DNA of 64,000 bases from Stegostoma tigrinum (taxonomy: Eukaryota): positions 30,850,630 through 30,914,629 of the forward strand of contig NC_081374.1 of assembly GCF_030684315.1 (NCBI RefSeq), given 5' to 3'. A program made the position numbers and the translations under genes. The notes under the pieces are model-generated. The model did not search any database. It was not told the origin of the DNA and worked only from the letters and a program-made list of their open reading frames with translations. Positions 24,500-39,177 of the stretch are shown in pieces (position 1 is the stretch's first letter; each line of letters starts with the position of its first letter).

Positions 24500-24600
24500 A
24501 TGCAAACAAAAGCCTCTGGAGAAATTCGAGTTTGGCAACATTTGTGGAGAGAGAAAAAACAGTTAACATTTCAAATCTGATATGCCTGTTCTTCAGAATT
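24500..24600 (-). mobile_element. Old-family PLE pLTR relic
   Basis: Similar to 9680-9775 and 39185-39270. Confidence 0.55.
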
Positions 24601-25029
24601 GCTGTTTCCACTTAAGCCATATAACGGTTTCCTCCCCCTAGGTCTAATATCATAACTCTCAATTCCCTTCTCACTCGTGTTTGTCAAGCATTTGCTTATA
24701 TATATTTATTCACTTGCCTCAAAGACCCTCTGTTGTAGCAAATTTCACATTCTCACCATTCTCCAGGTAAAAAAAAGTTTCTTTTGAATTTGCTTTTTGA
24801 TTTAAGACACAGCTGACAATCTCTTTTGCATTCATACGACAGAACTTAAAATGTCACATGTATGAATACTGGCATAATGAGATCTTAAACCTTCCTCTTC
24901 ATTCAGATAACCATTCAGAATTTGATCAGAAATCTAATTGTCGATATTCTTGCCATTCCTTCTGGTCCTACATAGGTTGTGTAAAATATGGTAGAAGAAG
25001 AAATACAGTACAAAGGGAAAGTATAAGAT

Positions 25030-25960
25030 AGATAGGTGGACAGGCAGGTAGTATTGAGGAGGTGGGGAAGCTGCAGAAAGATTTAGACAGTTTAGGAGAG
25101 TGGTCCAGGAAATGGCTGATGAAATTCAATGTGAATAAATGTGAGGTTTTGCACTTTGGAAAAAAGAATACAGGCATGGACTATTTTCTAAATGGTGAGA
25201 AAATTCGCAAAGCAGAAGTACAAAGGGATCTGAGAGTGTTGGTCTAGGATTCTCTAAAGGTTAACTTGCAGGTAGAGTCCGTAATTAAGAAAATGAATGT
25301 AATGTTGTTGTTTATCTCAAGACGGTTGGAATATAAAAGCAGCGATGTGCTTCTGAGGCTTTATAAAGCTCTAGTTAGGCCCCATTTAGAATACTGTGTC
25401 CAATTTTGGGACCCACACCTCAGGAAGGACATACTAGCCCTAGAGCATGTCCAGCGGAGATTCACATGGATGATCCCTGGAATGGTAGGTTTAATGTATG
25501 ATGAACGGCTAAGGATCCTGGGATTGTACTCATTAGAGTTTAGAAGGTTGAGGGGAGATCTAATAGAAACTTACACGATAATGTATGGTTTAGAAGGGGT
25601 GGATGCTAGGAAGTTGTTTCCGTTAGGCGGGGAGACTAGGACCCGTGGGCACAGCCTTAAAATTAGAGGGGGTAAATTTAAAACTGAAATGAGATGACAT
25701 ATCTTCAGCCAGAGAGTGGTGGGCTTGTGGAATTCACTGCCACGGAGTGCAGTGGAGGCGGGATGTTGGATGCCTTCAAGGCAGAGATCGACAAATTCTT
25801 GATCTCAGAAGGCATCAAGGGCTCTGGGTAGAGTGCAGGGAAGTGGAGTTGAAATGCCAATCAGCCATGATTTAAATGGCAGAGTGGACTTGATGGGCCG
25901 AATGGCCTTACTTCCAGGCCTTACTTCCACTCCTATGTCTTATGGTCTTATGGTCTTATA
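25030..25960 (+). mobile_element. 5'-truncated CR1 (HER1-like) LINE, well preserved
   Basis: ORFs 25062-25247 and 25266-25697 (MKFNVNKCEVLHFG, LYKALVRPHLEYCVQFW, RRLRGDLIE, TRGHSLK); 3' (TCTTATGG)n tail. Confidence 0.92.
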
Positions 25961-26749
25961 TAGAATTGAATTCTTCCTTTGTTATAAAATCAGAGTTGAT
26001 AGCATTGTTGATAAATACCCATATAGAATACAATTATGATATTTATGTGTTAGCTGGCTTTTCCCCTAAGATATCTGGGGAGTTGTTCTCTCTAAGACGT
26101 TTATCCAAATAAATGTACAACTATCAAAATCTAGAAATATTCATCAGGTTAGGCATCATCTATGGAGAGAGAAACAGAATTAACATCTCCGTCAGATCAA
26201 TTACTTTGCAGCAACTTTATAGCATCCACAGTGATTTGCGTTTTGGTTCCACGATGATTAAATTTGGATCTTTCTTTGGGAAACTTGTGAATCAGTAAAC
26301 TTTTCCTGTACCCATGAGTGATTAATGTCTGACCAATGTAGGTTTCTTTAAAATTCCTTTAGTTTTACTAAAGTGCATTCTACACTTCGAGCTTAGTAGA
26401 GTGTTCTTTGATACAGAGTACTTCATCACTCTTTTTAGTCTCTGATGTTTGTCTGTTGATGTTAATGTTACGTCATCATTTGTATTATTACATATTCTGT
26501 TGACCACCAAACACTCCAAGTATAATCTCACTTTATTTTAATAGTATTAACCTATTTTCTTAAACTAGTTATATTCTCACAATCTCCCAAAGTCCTAACT
26601 ATCAGGTCAACCCTTCACAGTGCTTTTACAGCTCTCCTTGCTCTTGATCTTGTCACAGTTGCTCAGGAACAATAGTCTTCAATCAATTCATACCTGAAAC
26701 ACCAATTTGTGAGGCAAATCATGTAGTCTTCTGGTCATCATCCCAGAAC

Positions 26750-27900
26750 TTAGTAGTTCAAATGCATTTGTTCTTGCTTGTTCTAGTAATATTCGAGCTT
26801 TTTACTTTCTTCTGAATGTCCCAAATGGAGTTAGGGTGAAACAAGATTGTGGATGTTCAGTTCGTTTAAGGATTGGGCCTTCAGACTATTGATCTCTGAT
26901 CTCTGTCATTTGACTTGATGCTATATTAATAAAATCTTCACTTTATGACTTGACTTATACGAGTTCTTCTATTTTTGCTCTTTGACATTTCTCTGTTGAC
27001 CTTTTCACTTTTAGTGTTCTGAATTAACGATCAGTTTTCAGTTTTGCTTCAACAATGGAACTTATATTTTTAAGTTGCAGCTCCTAAACAAGTCTGCCAG
27101 TGAAACTCCAGTGCTTAAGGGTGATGCCTTCTTTATTCTGCGAGGCTAAATCTAAATCTAAATCTTATTTCAAGATTATCTATATTTAGCTAAATTCTTA
27201 ACCATTAGCATTTTAATAGTTTTCACCAGGCTCTTGGCCTGTCCAAATGCCTTTAGGAGAAAAGAGGTGGGAATGTGATTGATTCTATATTCTTCTGCAA
27301 TTTTTTAAGAAGTATTTATTATATATGAACAGTAGACCATTATCTTGGAAATATATTCATTAATGCACCTACCTCTGTTTCAGCTGTGTAGTGTGGAATC
27401 TGGTAGTTTCCAACCCCCTGAATAGTAATGCTATGAACAGGTCAAAGAGATTTGCTCCCAACCTTTGCCAGAGTCTTTCTGGAAAGCTAGATGATAAAAT
27501 CACCCTGATGGTGTTTGTCCATTAACTGCACAAAAAAAGCAGGACAATATGAAGTTTACAGTTGCTTTGGAATTTTCTGGCCACAAAACAGAAGAATGAT
27601 TTCTACACCTCATTATTCCCAAATTATCCCCATCACTGTCATAAGGAATGTCTTTCCTCATAACTATCAAATGGTAACACCCAAGGCCAAGTACCAGAAG
27701 ATCATCCATTAGCATTCCATGTGTCCTGTCTTCATTGAACTTCTATGCAAGCTGATTAGTTAGACTTTATTTCGACCAACCACCTTCCTAGTCTGCGTAC
27801 TTTCCAATTGCCTTTCACTTTGTGTTTTCTGGATAATTTTGTAGTTTTGTTCCTTACTCAGAAGCTGGGAAAGATTTTGTCACAACAGATGAAAATGCTC
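26750..27900 (-). mobile_element. Highly decayed Ty3/Gypsy pol (integrase) relic
   Basis: Manual translation across frameshifts: NLGIMRCR..VLWP..SCFFC (HHCC zinc finger region), FPERLWQRLGANLFDL, DNG, AEEYRINH, VKTIKML, SPLSTGVSLADL. Confidence 0.7.
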
Positions 27901-27907
27901 GTCAGAA

Positions 27908-28005
27908 CTGGTCTGAAGAAGTCATACCAGATTCAAAATATTAACACTGTTTCTCTCTCCACAGATGCTGCTAGACCTGTTATGTTTCACCAGCAATTTT
28001 TGTGC
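27908..28005 (+). mobile_element. Old-family PLE pLTR relic
   Basis: ctgaagaagtc...ctctccacagatgctgctagacctg. Confidence 0.6.
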
Positions 28006-28257
28006 TTGTCCTGTCCACATATGAATGGTTACGGCCTCAATCTGGTAGGATTTTTCAATGCTCCTTTATTCATAGTGCAGTATATCAGATATTTGTAAGT
28101 AAATAAATCTCTCTGTTGTATAGTTTCTAATACATGGCTGCTGATGTCACAATTATGTCAATAGTATCTTACTTTTGCACATCCTAATAGGCATACCCTC
28201 ATGTTAATTTGAGACTAAATATTGTTACTGTTGAAAACACAGATTGCCTGTTTGACC

Positions 28258-29182
28258 TAACACGGTATAGAGCTGGATGAACACAGCAGGCCAAGCAGCT
28301 TCAGAGGAGCAGGAAAGTTTGACATTTCCGGTCGAGACAGAAATGGGGGAGGGGAAGGGGATTCTGAAACAAATAGGGAGAGAGGGGAAGGTGGATAGAA
28401 GATGGATAAAGGAGAAGATAGGGTGGAGAGGAGACAAACAGGTCAAAGAGGTGGGGTTAGAGCCAATGAAGGTGAATGTAGGCTTGGTTTCCCCGATGTA
28501 GAGGAAGCCACAACGAGAACAACAGATACAGTATATCACATTAACAGATGTTCACATGAACATCTGTTTGATGTGGAAGGTCTTCTTAGGGCGTGGGATG
28601 AGGGTGAGGGGGGTGGTATGGTGCAAGCGGAGGCTTGGGGGCCACCATGATGAGGCCACCCAAAAGATGCAGGAACAGTATCTCATACTTCACTTGGGAA
28701 CCCTGTAGCCCAAGGATATCAATGGGGGCTTCACAGACTTCAAAATCTCTCCTCCCCCGACCACACCACAAAACTAGCCCAGCTAGTCTCTGCCTCCCTA
28801 ACCATTCCTTCCACCTCAAGCCCCACTACCATCTCCTACTCACTAAACTCATCCTGCTTCTTTGACCTGTCCATCCTCCCTGGACTGACCTATCTCCTCG
28901 CTAACTCCCCACCTACACTCACCTTTACTGGCTCCATCCCCATGTCTTTGACTTGTCTGTCCCCTCTCACCCAATCTTCTCCTTTATCCATCTTCTATCC
29001 GCCTCCACCTCTCTCCCCATTTATTTCAGAATACCTTTCCCCTCCCCCATTTCTGAAGAAGGGTCTCAACTTGAAGCGTCAAACTTTTTTGCTCCTCTGA
29101 TGCTGCTTGGCCTGCTGTGTTCATCCAGCTTCACGCCGTGTTATCTCAGATTCTCCAGCATTAGCAGTTCCTACTCTCTCTC
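28258..29182. mobile_element. Neptune PLE fold-back with internal deletions
   Basis: Minus arm ~28258-28625 (YCICCSRCGFLYIGET), plus arm ~28625-29180 with tail; TSD CCTGTTTGACC at 28247-28257 and 29184-29194. Confidence 0.88.
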
Positions 29183-30759
29183 ACCTGTTTGACCCGTTCA
29201 TTTGGAAAGAAGTCAAGTTCTACAGTTGTGGAAAAATAACTAGAGGTTATCTGGCTCATTTTCTCCATCTGTAAACTTACCAAATTTGTCGAGCTAAGAG
29301 ATGTTGAAGTGGAGTATTAGACGTTGTCTTGTCATCCTGATATACAAACTGAAAAGGCTTTAACATGGCCAAAACTGAGCACCTGATTCTTCCACTGTTT
29401 AAACACAAAATCATTCTACAGTTTTCCTGATCAATAGTTTAAAAAACCTTTCTAAATTGCTGGCTATTCACACAATAACTTTTGGTGCAATGCACATTTT
29501 AAAATTTATGAATCTCTTTGATGTGATACAGAAAATAATTTTGAATCATAAGCTGTTCATGTATTTTGCTATGACCATTTAGTATTAATCATATTAAGAA
29601 TTTGATATAGAAATATATGAATAGCCACAAAGACAGTATGATGCTTCCCATGAGGTCTGATAAACCAAATTTACTAAGTAATCCCAATAAGAAAACCAAT
29701 GAACAAGATTTCACTTTCATAACTTCTAAGTCGACAACCAAATGAAAAGTGATAAAAGTTACACATGAAGTGCAGTCTCAATAAAACATTCCATATTAAA
29801 TAGTAGATAGCAAAGATAAATTTCATGGATTTATTAGGCTGTATACTCAGCAGACATGGCACTCATTTCAGCCACAAGGGTCATTCTTTAAGAATATAGC
29901 CAGCAATTCTCATTCAAACTGCTCGAAATTAACCTAAGGCCCACAGGTAAAGTTTTCACCAAAATAGCACATTTCTGTGGAACTTCTTCAGCTCTGCTCA
30001 CGATAGGCTTTGACCAGAATCACCTTTATTCAAACCCTCAGTGACAATCCTGTGTAGACAAATCCTGGTAGTTAATTACTTGCTGCAGCAACCCTGGTAA
30101 TTGTCTATTGCCAGCTCCTGAATCCAGTTTTCATTATCTTCAGCCTCTCTGCCCAGTGGCATTTAGTGATCTCAGCTTGTTTGGCTATTTTTTTAATATC
30201 ATTTCAACAGCTTCATACAGTCATAGAATCATAGAGCATAGGAACAGACCCTTCAGTCCAACAAGTCCATACCAAACATAATCCCAATTGGGCGAGATTG
30301 CTCTGAAGAAATTTTCACCACCTTCACAATTAAGTGCTCAGTGAGAAAACCCATGGGTGGCTTTCTTGACATCCCAATAGTTAAGGCCCATATGTAGTCA
30401 ATTAATAGTCACAAATCCCTCTACATGCCACCTCTCTGATAACTTTCCCCCCCAGCTGGAGAAGAAGGTGGCTAGTTTCCTGACCTGGAAATCATGGCAA
30501 CATGCCTGCTGAGATTTTGGGAAGGGGGCAGGCTCCGATTGCATATCTCTCTAAATGTTAAAGAAAAACACATCAGGCAATATTTAAAAAGGTGATTTTA
30601 CATGAAGCGAAAATTTGCTTTTCCTTTATATTCCATTATGTATTTGAGAGAGGTAACAGTAAAGTTTGGCAAATACAGCTATAAAGTTATATTATGAAAT
30701 ATTTTAAATCATGCTGTCAATCCACCACTTGTTAACAATGAATATAAAGGACTAAAAAT

Positions 30760-33700
30760 CCTGAATGGCTCACCTCTTATTCTTATACTGTGATCCCCTT
30801 GTTCTGGACTTCCCCAACATTGGGAACATTCTTCCCACATCTGGCCTGTCCATTCCCATCGAGATTTTATATGTTTTTATGAGATTCCCCCTCTCATTCT
30901 TCTAAATTCCAGCAATTTTGAGCCTAGTTGACCCAGTCCTGCCATCCCATGAATCAATCTGGTGAGCCTTTGCTGGACTCCCTTAATAACAAGAACGTCC
31001 TTACTTAGACTAGGAGACCAAAACTGCAAACAATACTCAAGGTGTGGCTTCATCAAGGCCCTGTATAACTGCAGCAAGACATTCTTACTCTGACACTCAA
31101 ATCCTCTTGTTATGAAAAACAGCATGCCATTAGTTTTCTTCACTGCCCGCAGGATGCCAATCTTCAGCAACTGTTCCACTATGACACCCAGGTCTCATTG
31201 CACCTCACCTTTTCATAAACTGCCACCATTCAGATAACAATCTGCCTTCCCATTTTTGTAACCAAAGCATATAACCTCATACTTGTCCACATTATATTAC
31301 ATTTGCCAAGTATTTGCCCTCTCAGCCAGCCTGTCCAAGTCACCCTGCAGCCTCTAAGCATCCACCTCACAGCACACATTGCCACCCAGCTTACGGACAT
31401 CTGCAAATTTGGAGATATGCCACTGAATTCTTTCATCCAAATTGTTAATGTATATATGAAGACCTGAGGTTCCAGCACTGAAATCTGTCACATCCCACTC
31501 ATCACTGCCTGCCACTCTGAAAAGGACCTGTTTATTTCAACTCTCTGCTTCCTGTCTGTAAACCAGCTCTCCATCCATGATATTATGTCTGAAATCACGA
31601 TCTTTCATTTTCTTTACCAATCGCTTGTGTGGAACTTTGTCCAAAGCCTTTTGAAAATCTAGATACACAACATCTGCTGATCCATCATTGTCTACTCTAC
31701 TGGCCATATCCTCAAAAAAATTCCAAAAGATTTGTAAAGCGTGATTTCTCTTCAGTGAAAAAGAGAATCATCCATCCTGACTACGACCGATTCTGTCACT
31801 TTCCATATACTTAGTTATTACATCATTAATGATTGACTGCATTTTCCCCACCACCAATGTCAGGCTAACTGGCCTATAATTCCCCATTTTGTCTCTACCT
31901 CCTTTTTGAAAATTGGAATTATATTAGTCCCCTTCCAGTCCATTGGAACTCTTCCAGAATCTACAGAATGCTGTAAAATGACCACCAACGCATCCGCTAT
32001 TTCTAGGGCTATGTCCTTAAGCACTCTGGGATGCAAAGCATCAGGCCCTGGGAACTTATTGGGTTTTAATCCCATCAATTTCCCCAAAACCACTTCCTGA
32101 CTAATAAGGATTTCCTTCATGTCCTCCTTCATGCTTTTATAAAATTCATTAACGGTATGAAGGCATTGTTGGCTAGGCAGTATTAATTGCCCAAAGGGCA
32201 GTTCAGAGTCAACTACATTCCTATGCATCTGGAGTCATATGTAGGCAATATCAGGTAGGGATGGCAGTTTCCCATCACTAATGGACATTAGTTAACCAGA
32301 TGGATTTTTGTGACAATCAGCAATGGTCATCATTAGATTCTTAGTTCCAGATGTTTTTATTGAATTCAAATTCGACCATCTGCAGTGGCAGCATTCAAAC
32401 CCAGGTCCCCAGAATATTATCTGGGTCTCTGGATTAACAGTCCAGTGATAATACCATAAGACTATCTCCTGAAGCTTGATTTTCTGTCTCCTACCATTTC
32501 CTGAAGATTGTTTGTGCCCTCCTTAGTGAAGACAGATCTAAAGTATTTGTTCAACTGCTCTGTCATTGTTGTCCGTTATGAAGTTACTTGATTATAGTTG
32601 CAGGGGACCTACACTTGTCTTTGCCAGTCTGTTTCTCTTCATATATCTGTAGAAGATTTTGCTGTCAGTTTTTATGTTTTCCACAAGCTTAATTTCATTT
32701 TCTATTTTGTCCTCTTCTGCTAAATTTTAAATTTCTCCCAGTCCTCAGGTTTCCTGCTTTCTCTGACCAATTTATATGCCTCCTCTTTGGCTTTAACACT
32801 GTTCCTGATTTCCATTGTTAGCCATGGTTGAGCCAAATTCCCTGTTTTACTATTATGCCATACAGAGATATTTCGTTGTTGAAGTTCATCCAAGTGATCT
32901 CTAAATGTCTGCCATTGCCTATCCACAGTCAACCTCTTAAGTATTTTCAGCATGTTTGTCCTTGCCAATGCATGCTTCATACTATTAAAGTTAGGTTTCT
33001 TTAAGTTCAGGATCATAGTTTCAGATTTAATTGTGTGACTCTCCATCTTAATGAAGAATTCGATCATATTACGGTCACTCTTCCCTAAAGGATCTTGCAC
33101 CACAATGATGTGAATTAATCCTCTCTCATTACACAATACCCAGTCTAGGAAAGCTTGTTCTCTAGCTGGTTCCTTGACATATTGGTCAAGGAAACCATCA
33201 CTCATGCATTCCAGGAAGTCCTCCTCCAGCACTTTGCTACCAAGTTTGGTTAGTCCAATCAATATGTAGATTGAAGTCACTCATGATAACTGTTGTACCC
33301 CTAGAGCACAAATCTCTAATTTCCTGTTTGATACAGTCTCCAACATCACAATTACTGTTTGGTGGTCTGTATACAACTCCCACTAACATCTTTTTCCCTT
33401 TGGCATTCCACAGCTCCACCCAGACAGTTTCCACATCATCCAGGCTAATGTCCTCCCTAACCAGCAACGCTACCCCACCTTCATTTCCTTTCTGTCTGTC
33501 TTTCCTGAAAATTCAATAATCCTGGATTTTGAGGTCCCATCCTTGGTCACTCTGGAACCAGATCTCTATGATCCCAATTACATCATATCCATTAATCACT
33601 GTTTACACAGTTAATTTATCCATCTTATTGCAAATGAGACACAGAGTCTTCAGGTTCATTTTTTTTTGTCATTTATTGCCCTTTTAGAATCATTGTGAAA

Positions 33701-34015
33701 TGTGACCCTTTTTGATTTCTGTGTTTGGTTTTTCTGCCTTCCACTTTAAATTTTCCACTTACTGTCATTTGTTTCTGTCCCCTATTTAGTTTCCCTCAAT
33801 TTACTGCATTGGTTCCCATCCCCTGCCATATTAGTTTAAACCCTCCCCAATAGTGCCAGCAACTCCCCCTAGGACATTGGTTCCAGTCCTGCCCAATTGC
33901 AGACCATCCGTTTTGTACTGATTCCAATTCCCCTAGAGCTGGCTCCAATATCCCAGGAATTTGAATGTGTCCCTCTTGAACCGTCCTTCAAGCCATATAT
34001 TCACCTTAGCTATCC
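30760..34015 (-). mobile_element. Large decayed CR1 (HER1-like) LINE: EN, RT and part of the upstream region
   Basis: ORFs with VGVVYRPPNS, MSDFN, LDWVLCNE, PGPDALHPRVLK, LYRALMKPHLEYC. Confidence 0.9.
32160..32470 (-). mobile_element. SINE family B inserted in CR1
   Basis: Matches 18045-18545. Confidence 0.75.
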
Positions 34016-34537
34016 TACCACAAAATGTCTGCAAATAAACATTAGAGAGAGTATTTCAAAAGATAAATAGAAAGTGTAGACATAATTGTGAATATTTATA
34101 AAAAACATTGAATTTTTCATTACTTGCATACTTTACAGAATATTATTTACAAAAGGGTTCCACTGAAATTTATACTTAGCATTATTTTTATTTATGTGTC
34201 AACGTATGATCACTATCACAACAGATCAAGTAATATGTCTTGGAATATTAATTCCATAAATATCCAACTTGTAGATCTGTCACCTCAAACTGTTCAGATT
34301 TTCATTATAATTAGATTCTCTTCTGCATATAATTAGCTTAATGCTATAGAAAACTTCTTTGGTGTTTCCAGAACCAAAATTTTATAGTCATCCTTCTATG
34401 ATTCTATGATCCTTGTCTTTTCAATTCAGGATTTTTCCTTCCTGCCACATAGGCATTTGGGAAATCCACCCCACTGATACCAACTATCCTTCATGGAATC
34501 TCAATCCTGTACTGTTATTTTGTAACTTTTATGGACT

Positions 34538-34650
34538 AGTGGTAGTTTAGTAGATGCCAGACTCAACTCTCAATCAGAAGGTTAATGGTTCTAGTCCCAG
34601 TCCAGAGGCTTGGGCTTAAATTTTAAACTGGAGATGTGTACCCAGTGTAA
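34538..34650 (+). mobile_element. SINE head relic (possibly SacSINE1/DeuSINE-like)
   Basis: gtggtagtttagtag..tcagaaggttaatggttctagtcccagtccagag; family assignment is from memory only. Confidence 0.4.
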
Positions 34651-35119
34651 GGCTCAATGGACTTCAATCAGGTATAATTGGAGTTGCATTCCAAAAGCTT
34701 TTGTACTTCCTTTTTTGAAAAGGCTTGCTCATCTTAGATTTTTGCTGAGATAATGGCTCTTTTTCACTCTCTGGTTATAAACTACAATATTATAAACACA
34801 CTTCCATTAGTTTTCCAGGAGGCACATAGTAATTTCAAATCAAGGCTATTGAACAAACTGAGTCAATTTTTAACCCCAGTTGCAAAAATGTACCAATGCT
34901 CATATGTCACTAGCTTGAAATACAAATTCTTGGAAAATATGCCTCTTAACCTTTCATCACAATACAGAATTTAGAAGAAAGATAGAGATAGCCTGGGTTA
35001 TTTTATTGAAGCTGAAGAATGCATTAACAAGAAAACTCAAGCTTATAACAAGGAGAAAACTCATAAGATGCTTTGTAATTATGATAACAAACTGAATTCC
35101 CTGCTCATTTTTCTTTTTA

Positions 35120-36330
35120 TGTGACGTTCGACATGGTTGTTCATACAGCTCTTCTTTAATGTCTCTATTTCACCATCCATTTGGGGGTGGGGCTGAACTT
35201 AGCTGGTTCTGTTCTTATCTACCAAATCACAGGAAGGAAACACCATCAATGCCTTCCCTTCCCATTTCCACATGCTTTCCTCTGGTGTTCCTCAAAGATC
35301 TATATCTGACCCACCAAATTTCTCATCCATATGCTGTCCCTGACCAAAATGACACAAAAACACATCATCTTTTTCCACATGTACCTTTGGGGATATCCAC
35401 TTGCATTGCAGGGCTTATCCCAACTGCCTAAATTCTTGGGCTGCTTGTCTAGCATCCAGAGAAGAGCAGAAATTTCTTCCAATTAAATATAGAGAAGACT
35501 GAAGCTGCTGTCTTTGGTTCCTATCACAAACAACAACTTAAATAATAAAATAATATTATATAATAATTAAATAATAATAATAATTGAAAGGTATTTCACA
35601 GAAGCCATGCATGACATCAAGTCTCACAAGCAGATGCCAAAAGCTTGATCTAAGCAATCTGTTTTACGAAGTCTGAAAGGAGAAATGAGAGGCAGAGAAT
35701 CAATTGAAGGAGCAATTAAAATGGAATAATATTTAACACAGATTTAATCCCTCTCCCTGGCAATAGTCTATGGCTGAACCAAGCTGTTGCAACATTTGAC
35801 TCCAGCATGCACTTTCATTCTCATATCTCATGTTCACTATTCCCACCTCCAGAAAATCACCCGAGGCCACCTTGCATTATCTCATCTGCAGAAATCTTGT
35901 CAATGCTTTAGTTCCCTCAGACTTGGCTATTCTAATACACTCCCTGCATTCTGTTCTCTGTAAACTTGAGGTCATCCAAGGATGCCCCCTGTCTAAATTT
36001 ACACCAAATCCAGATCACCCATTATCCCAATGCTCATTGACCTAACTGGGATCTGTTTAAGCTACACCTTAATTTTAAAATTCTTATCCTTCTTCTCAAA
36101 TTCCTCAAAGGCCTGACATCTTCCCTATCTTGTAATTTCCCCAAACCCTGCAGACCCCCTCGAGATCTAACTCTAAGTTTCAAGAGATCTAAACACTTCT
36201 TGATCTTTAATTTTAATCATTCCACCATTTAACACTTCCAGCTCCCTAAGACCTAAGCTTTCCAATTTTATCCCTCAACATCTCCAACTCTTTGCCTTGC
36301 TCTCCTCTTTCAAACTACTTAATAATCAGC
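35120..36330 (+). mobile_element. Old L2-type LINE relics
   Basis: ctggttctgttcttatct (WFxSYL), ggtgttcctcaag (GVPQ), aagactgaagc (KTE), and a 3' part similar to 6560-7725. Confidence 0.6.
35538..35585. repeat. (AAT)n-like low-complexity tract
   Basis: aataataaaataatattatataataattaaataataataataatt. Confidence 0.7.
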
Positions 36331-36384
36331 ACTTTGGTGAAGATTTTGATATTGACTATCGTAAGTCCTTTCATGGCTTAGAGC

Positions 36385-39145
36385 CAGAAGTCAATGCCAC
36401 AAATCGACATGTTGAGCTGCCGTTTAGAGGAAACTTTAGTAGTAGTGATAATAATATGATGGAGTTTTACATACAATTTAAGGGAGGGAAGAGTAGGTTC
36501 AAACCATATTTTATAAATATATGAGGGTATGGAAACAAAGCTGGCCAAAGTGAATTTCACAATCACTTTAAAGGATAGGTAAATAGAGACGCTGTGGCAC
36601 AAATTTGAGGGGATATTTCAAAACATACACATAGATACATTCCAGCATGTAAGAAAAATTCCAAAGGACAGATCCACAATCCATGGTTAACTAGAAATGT
36701 TAAAGATATTGTCAGACCAAAAAAAAAACATATAATTGTGCTGTCAGTCTAGAGATCAGAAGATTGGACAGAAAATACAATATTAAAAACTAGCAAAGAA
36801 TGATCAAAAAGTAAGGAATTAAAAGTTATATTTTCAGAGAAAGCTAACCAGAAATATTAAAGCAAAATAAGATGTTCTATTAATATTTAAAGAGGAAAAA
36901 AGTTACTAAGGTTTCGGAGTAGATTTGTAGCTCGGGTTGTGGGTGTTGAGTTTGTTGAAGTTGGTTGGTTCACTGAGCTGGTTTCTTGTTTCACAGTTGT
37001 TTCGTCACCATGCTTGGTAACATCCTCAGTGCAGCCTCCAATGAAGCATCAGCGTGTTCTTCCACCTGGTTTTTAAACTCTGGAGCCCATTGACAAGGAT
37101 TGCCTCGTTTCCGGGTTTCCTTCGTAGTGGAATGTATATGGAGTCGAGTTCAATGTGTTTATTAATAACCTGCTTTGTGGAGCGCCCTGCTTCTAGGAAT
37201 TCTCGTGTCTGTCTGTGCCTAGCTGTCCCAGGATCTTGGTGTTGTCCCAGTCAAAGTCGCAGCTCTCCTTCTCCATGTGGATTGAGATGAGTGAGTGTTG
37301 GTCCTGCCTTTTTGTAGCCAGTTGGCGTTCATGTACTTTTGTTGTTCGTTTCCTTCCTTTTTATCCGATGTAGTGTTTCTCACAGTCTCTGCAGGGGATC
37401 TTGTCGATGACATTGGTCCCGTCCATGACGGGGAGCGGATCCCTTGGGTGAGCAGTTGTCATAGGGTTGGTGTGGGCTTGTGTGCCACTCTGATGCCCAG
37501 CGGTCGTAGGAGTCTTGTGGTGTGTTCTGACGTGTTTCTTATATAGGGTAGTGCGATGAGTGTGTCGTGGCATGTAGTCTCTTTCTGATGCTGTTCGTGT
37601 AGGCATCTTCTGACCCAATTCTTTGGATATCCATTGTCCTTGAAAACCTGGAAAAGGTATTCTTCTTCCTCTTGGCATGGTTCCATGTTGCTGCAGTGTA
37701 TTGATGTCCTTTTAAAATGTGTTCGCATGCAGCTTTGTTTGTGTGTGCTGGGATGGTTACTGTTGAAGCTCAGTACCTGGTCTGTGTACGTGGCTTTTTG
37801 ATGAACTTTCGTTTGCAGTTCCCCATTTGCCTTGTGCTCTACCATGACTTCCAGGAATGGGAGCTGTTTGTTTTTCTCTGGTGAATTTAATTCTGGTGAG
37901 GGTGCTGTTTATAAGTTTATGTGTCTCCTCTAATTTGATCCATTTAATGATGACAGAGGTGTCGTATACGTAGCGTATCCATAGTTTTGGTTGGATTTGC
38001 AGAAGGGTAATCCTTTCTAGTCTTTGTGTCACTGTTTCTGTTATGAATCTGGAGACAGGTGATCTCATGGGTGTCCCGTTGATTTGTTCGTGCATTTGGC
38101 TGTTGAAAGTGAAGCAGGCAGTGAGGCATAGATCCAATAGTTTGAGCATGTTGTCTTTGGCGATGGTTTCACTGGGATCGTGCTCTTGTTCAAGTAGTGT
38201 TGGAAGAATTTTACATAGTGAGCATTTGTCTTCTAGAAAGTGGGCTGGAAAATTGATGGTGGAAAATAAGGCAGTGGTATTCTGCATATGTTTGAACTAT
38301 AGATGATTCAAGCAACAATCCAGCAGGAGCAAAATACTAGAAAGTGGGAGAATCCCAGGGAAATTATAACCATCAGAGATATTGTATTGAATAAACTATG
38401 GAGCTGTGGACTGACAAATGCATCCTGATATTTTTCATCCTAAAAGAAGTGGCTAGTAAGATCATTGATGATTGGGTTTAATTTTCCAAAGCTCTCTTGA
38501 TTTGGGGACAGGACCATAAACAGCAAAATAACAAATGCAACCCATTTTTTCAAAAATGGAAGCTGACAGAAAGCAGGAAACTATAGGTCTGCTAGCATTA
38601 CATCTGATATCTGGAAACTGTTAGAAGGTAGTTTTTAAGAATTTATTGCAGGGAGTTAGATAAGGTCAAGGTAATCAGGTTGAGTTAATATGGTTTTCTG
38701 AAAGAGAAATCATGTTGAAACAACTTATTGAAGTTCTTTGAAGAAGTAGCGAGCACCGTGGATAAAAGGGAACCGATGGATATGCTATATTTAGATTTCC
38801 ACAAAGCATTTGATAAAGTATGATATCAAAGATACTTGTGGAAAACAAAACCTAATGATGTAAGCATATTAACATAATGGAAGGATGGTTGGGAACAGGA
38901 AGCACAGAACAGGAATAAATAAATCTTTTTTCAGGCTGGGAAGATGTGATGATTGGCGTGCCACCAAATCAGTGCTGGGGCCTCAAATATAGACAATTTC
39001 TAAAAATGAATTATATTAAGGAACAGAAGGTATGGCCGCCAAATTTGCTGACAATACAAAGCTAGGTAGGAATGTCAGTTTTGAAGAGGCTGTAGAAATC
39101 CGTAGATATGCTTAAAGCATAGGCAAAGATTTGACAAATGAAAGT
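36385..39145 (+). mobile_element. Decayed CR1 LINE interrupted by a Poseidon PLE
   Basis: agtagtgataataatatgatggagttt (SDxNMMEF), tatttagatttccacaaagcatttgataaagta (YLDFxKAFDKV), aaatttgctgacaatacaaag (KFADxTK). Confidence 0.8.
36905..38205 (-). mobile_element. Poseidon-type PLE, 5'-truncated (RT, GIY-YIG, pLTR, tail)
   Basis: ORFs with GTPMRSPVS, WIRYVYDT, SNHPSTHK, NGYPKNW, KIPCRDCEKHYIG; decayed HHR near 36995-37032. Confidence 0.9.
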
Positions 39146-39177
39146 GCAATTGCTGAACTCCAAAAGTTAAATATTAA

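Noticed and set aside
26690-27120. Long protein-like frame with scattered stops, first considered a novel or viral ORF
   Set aside because: It continues the Gypsy integrase relic; its later part resembles the usual integrase C terminus.
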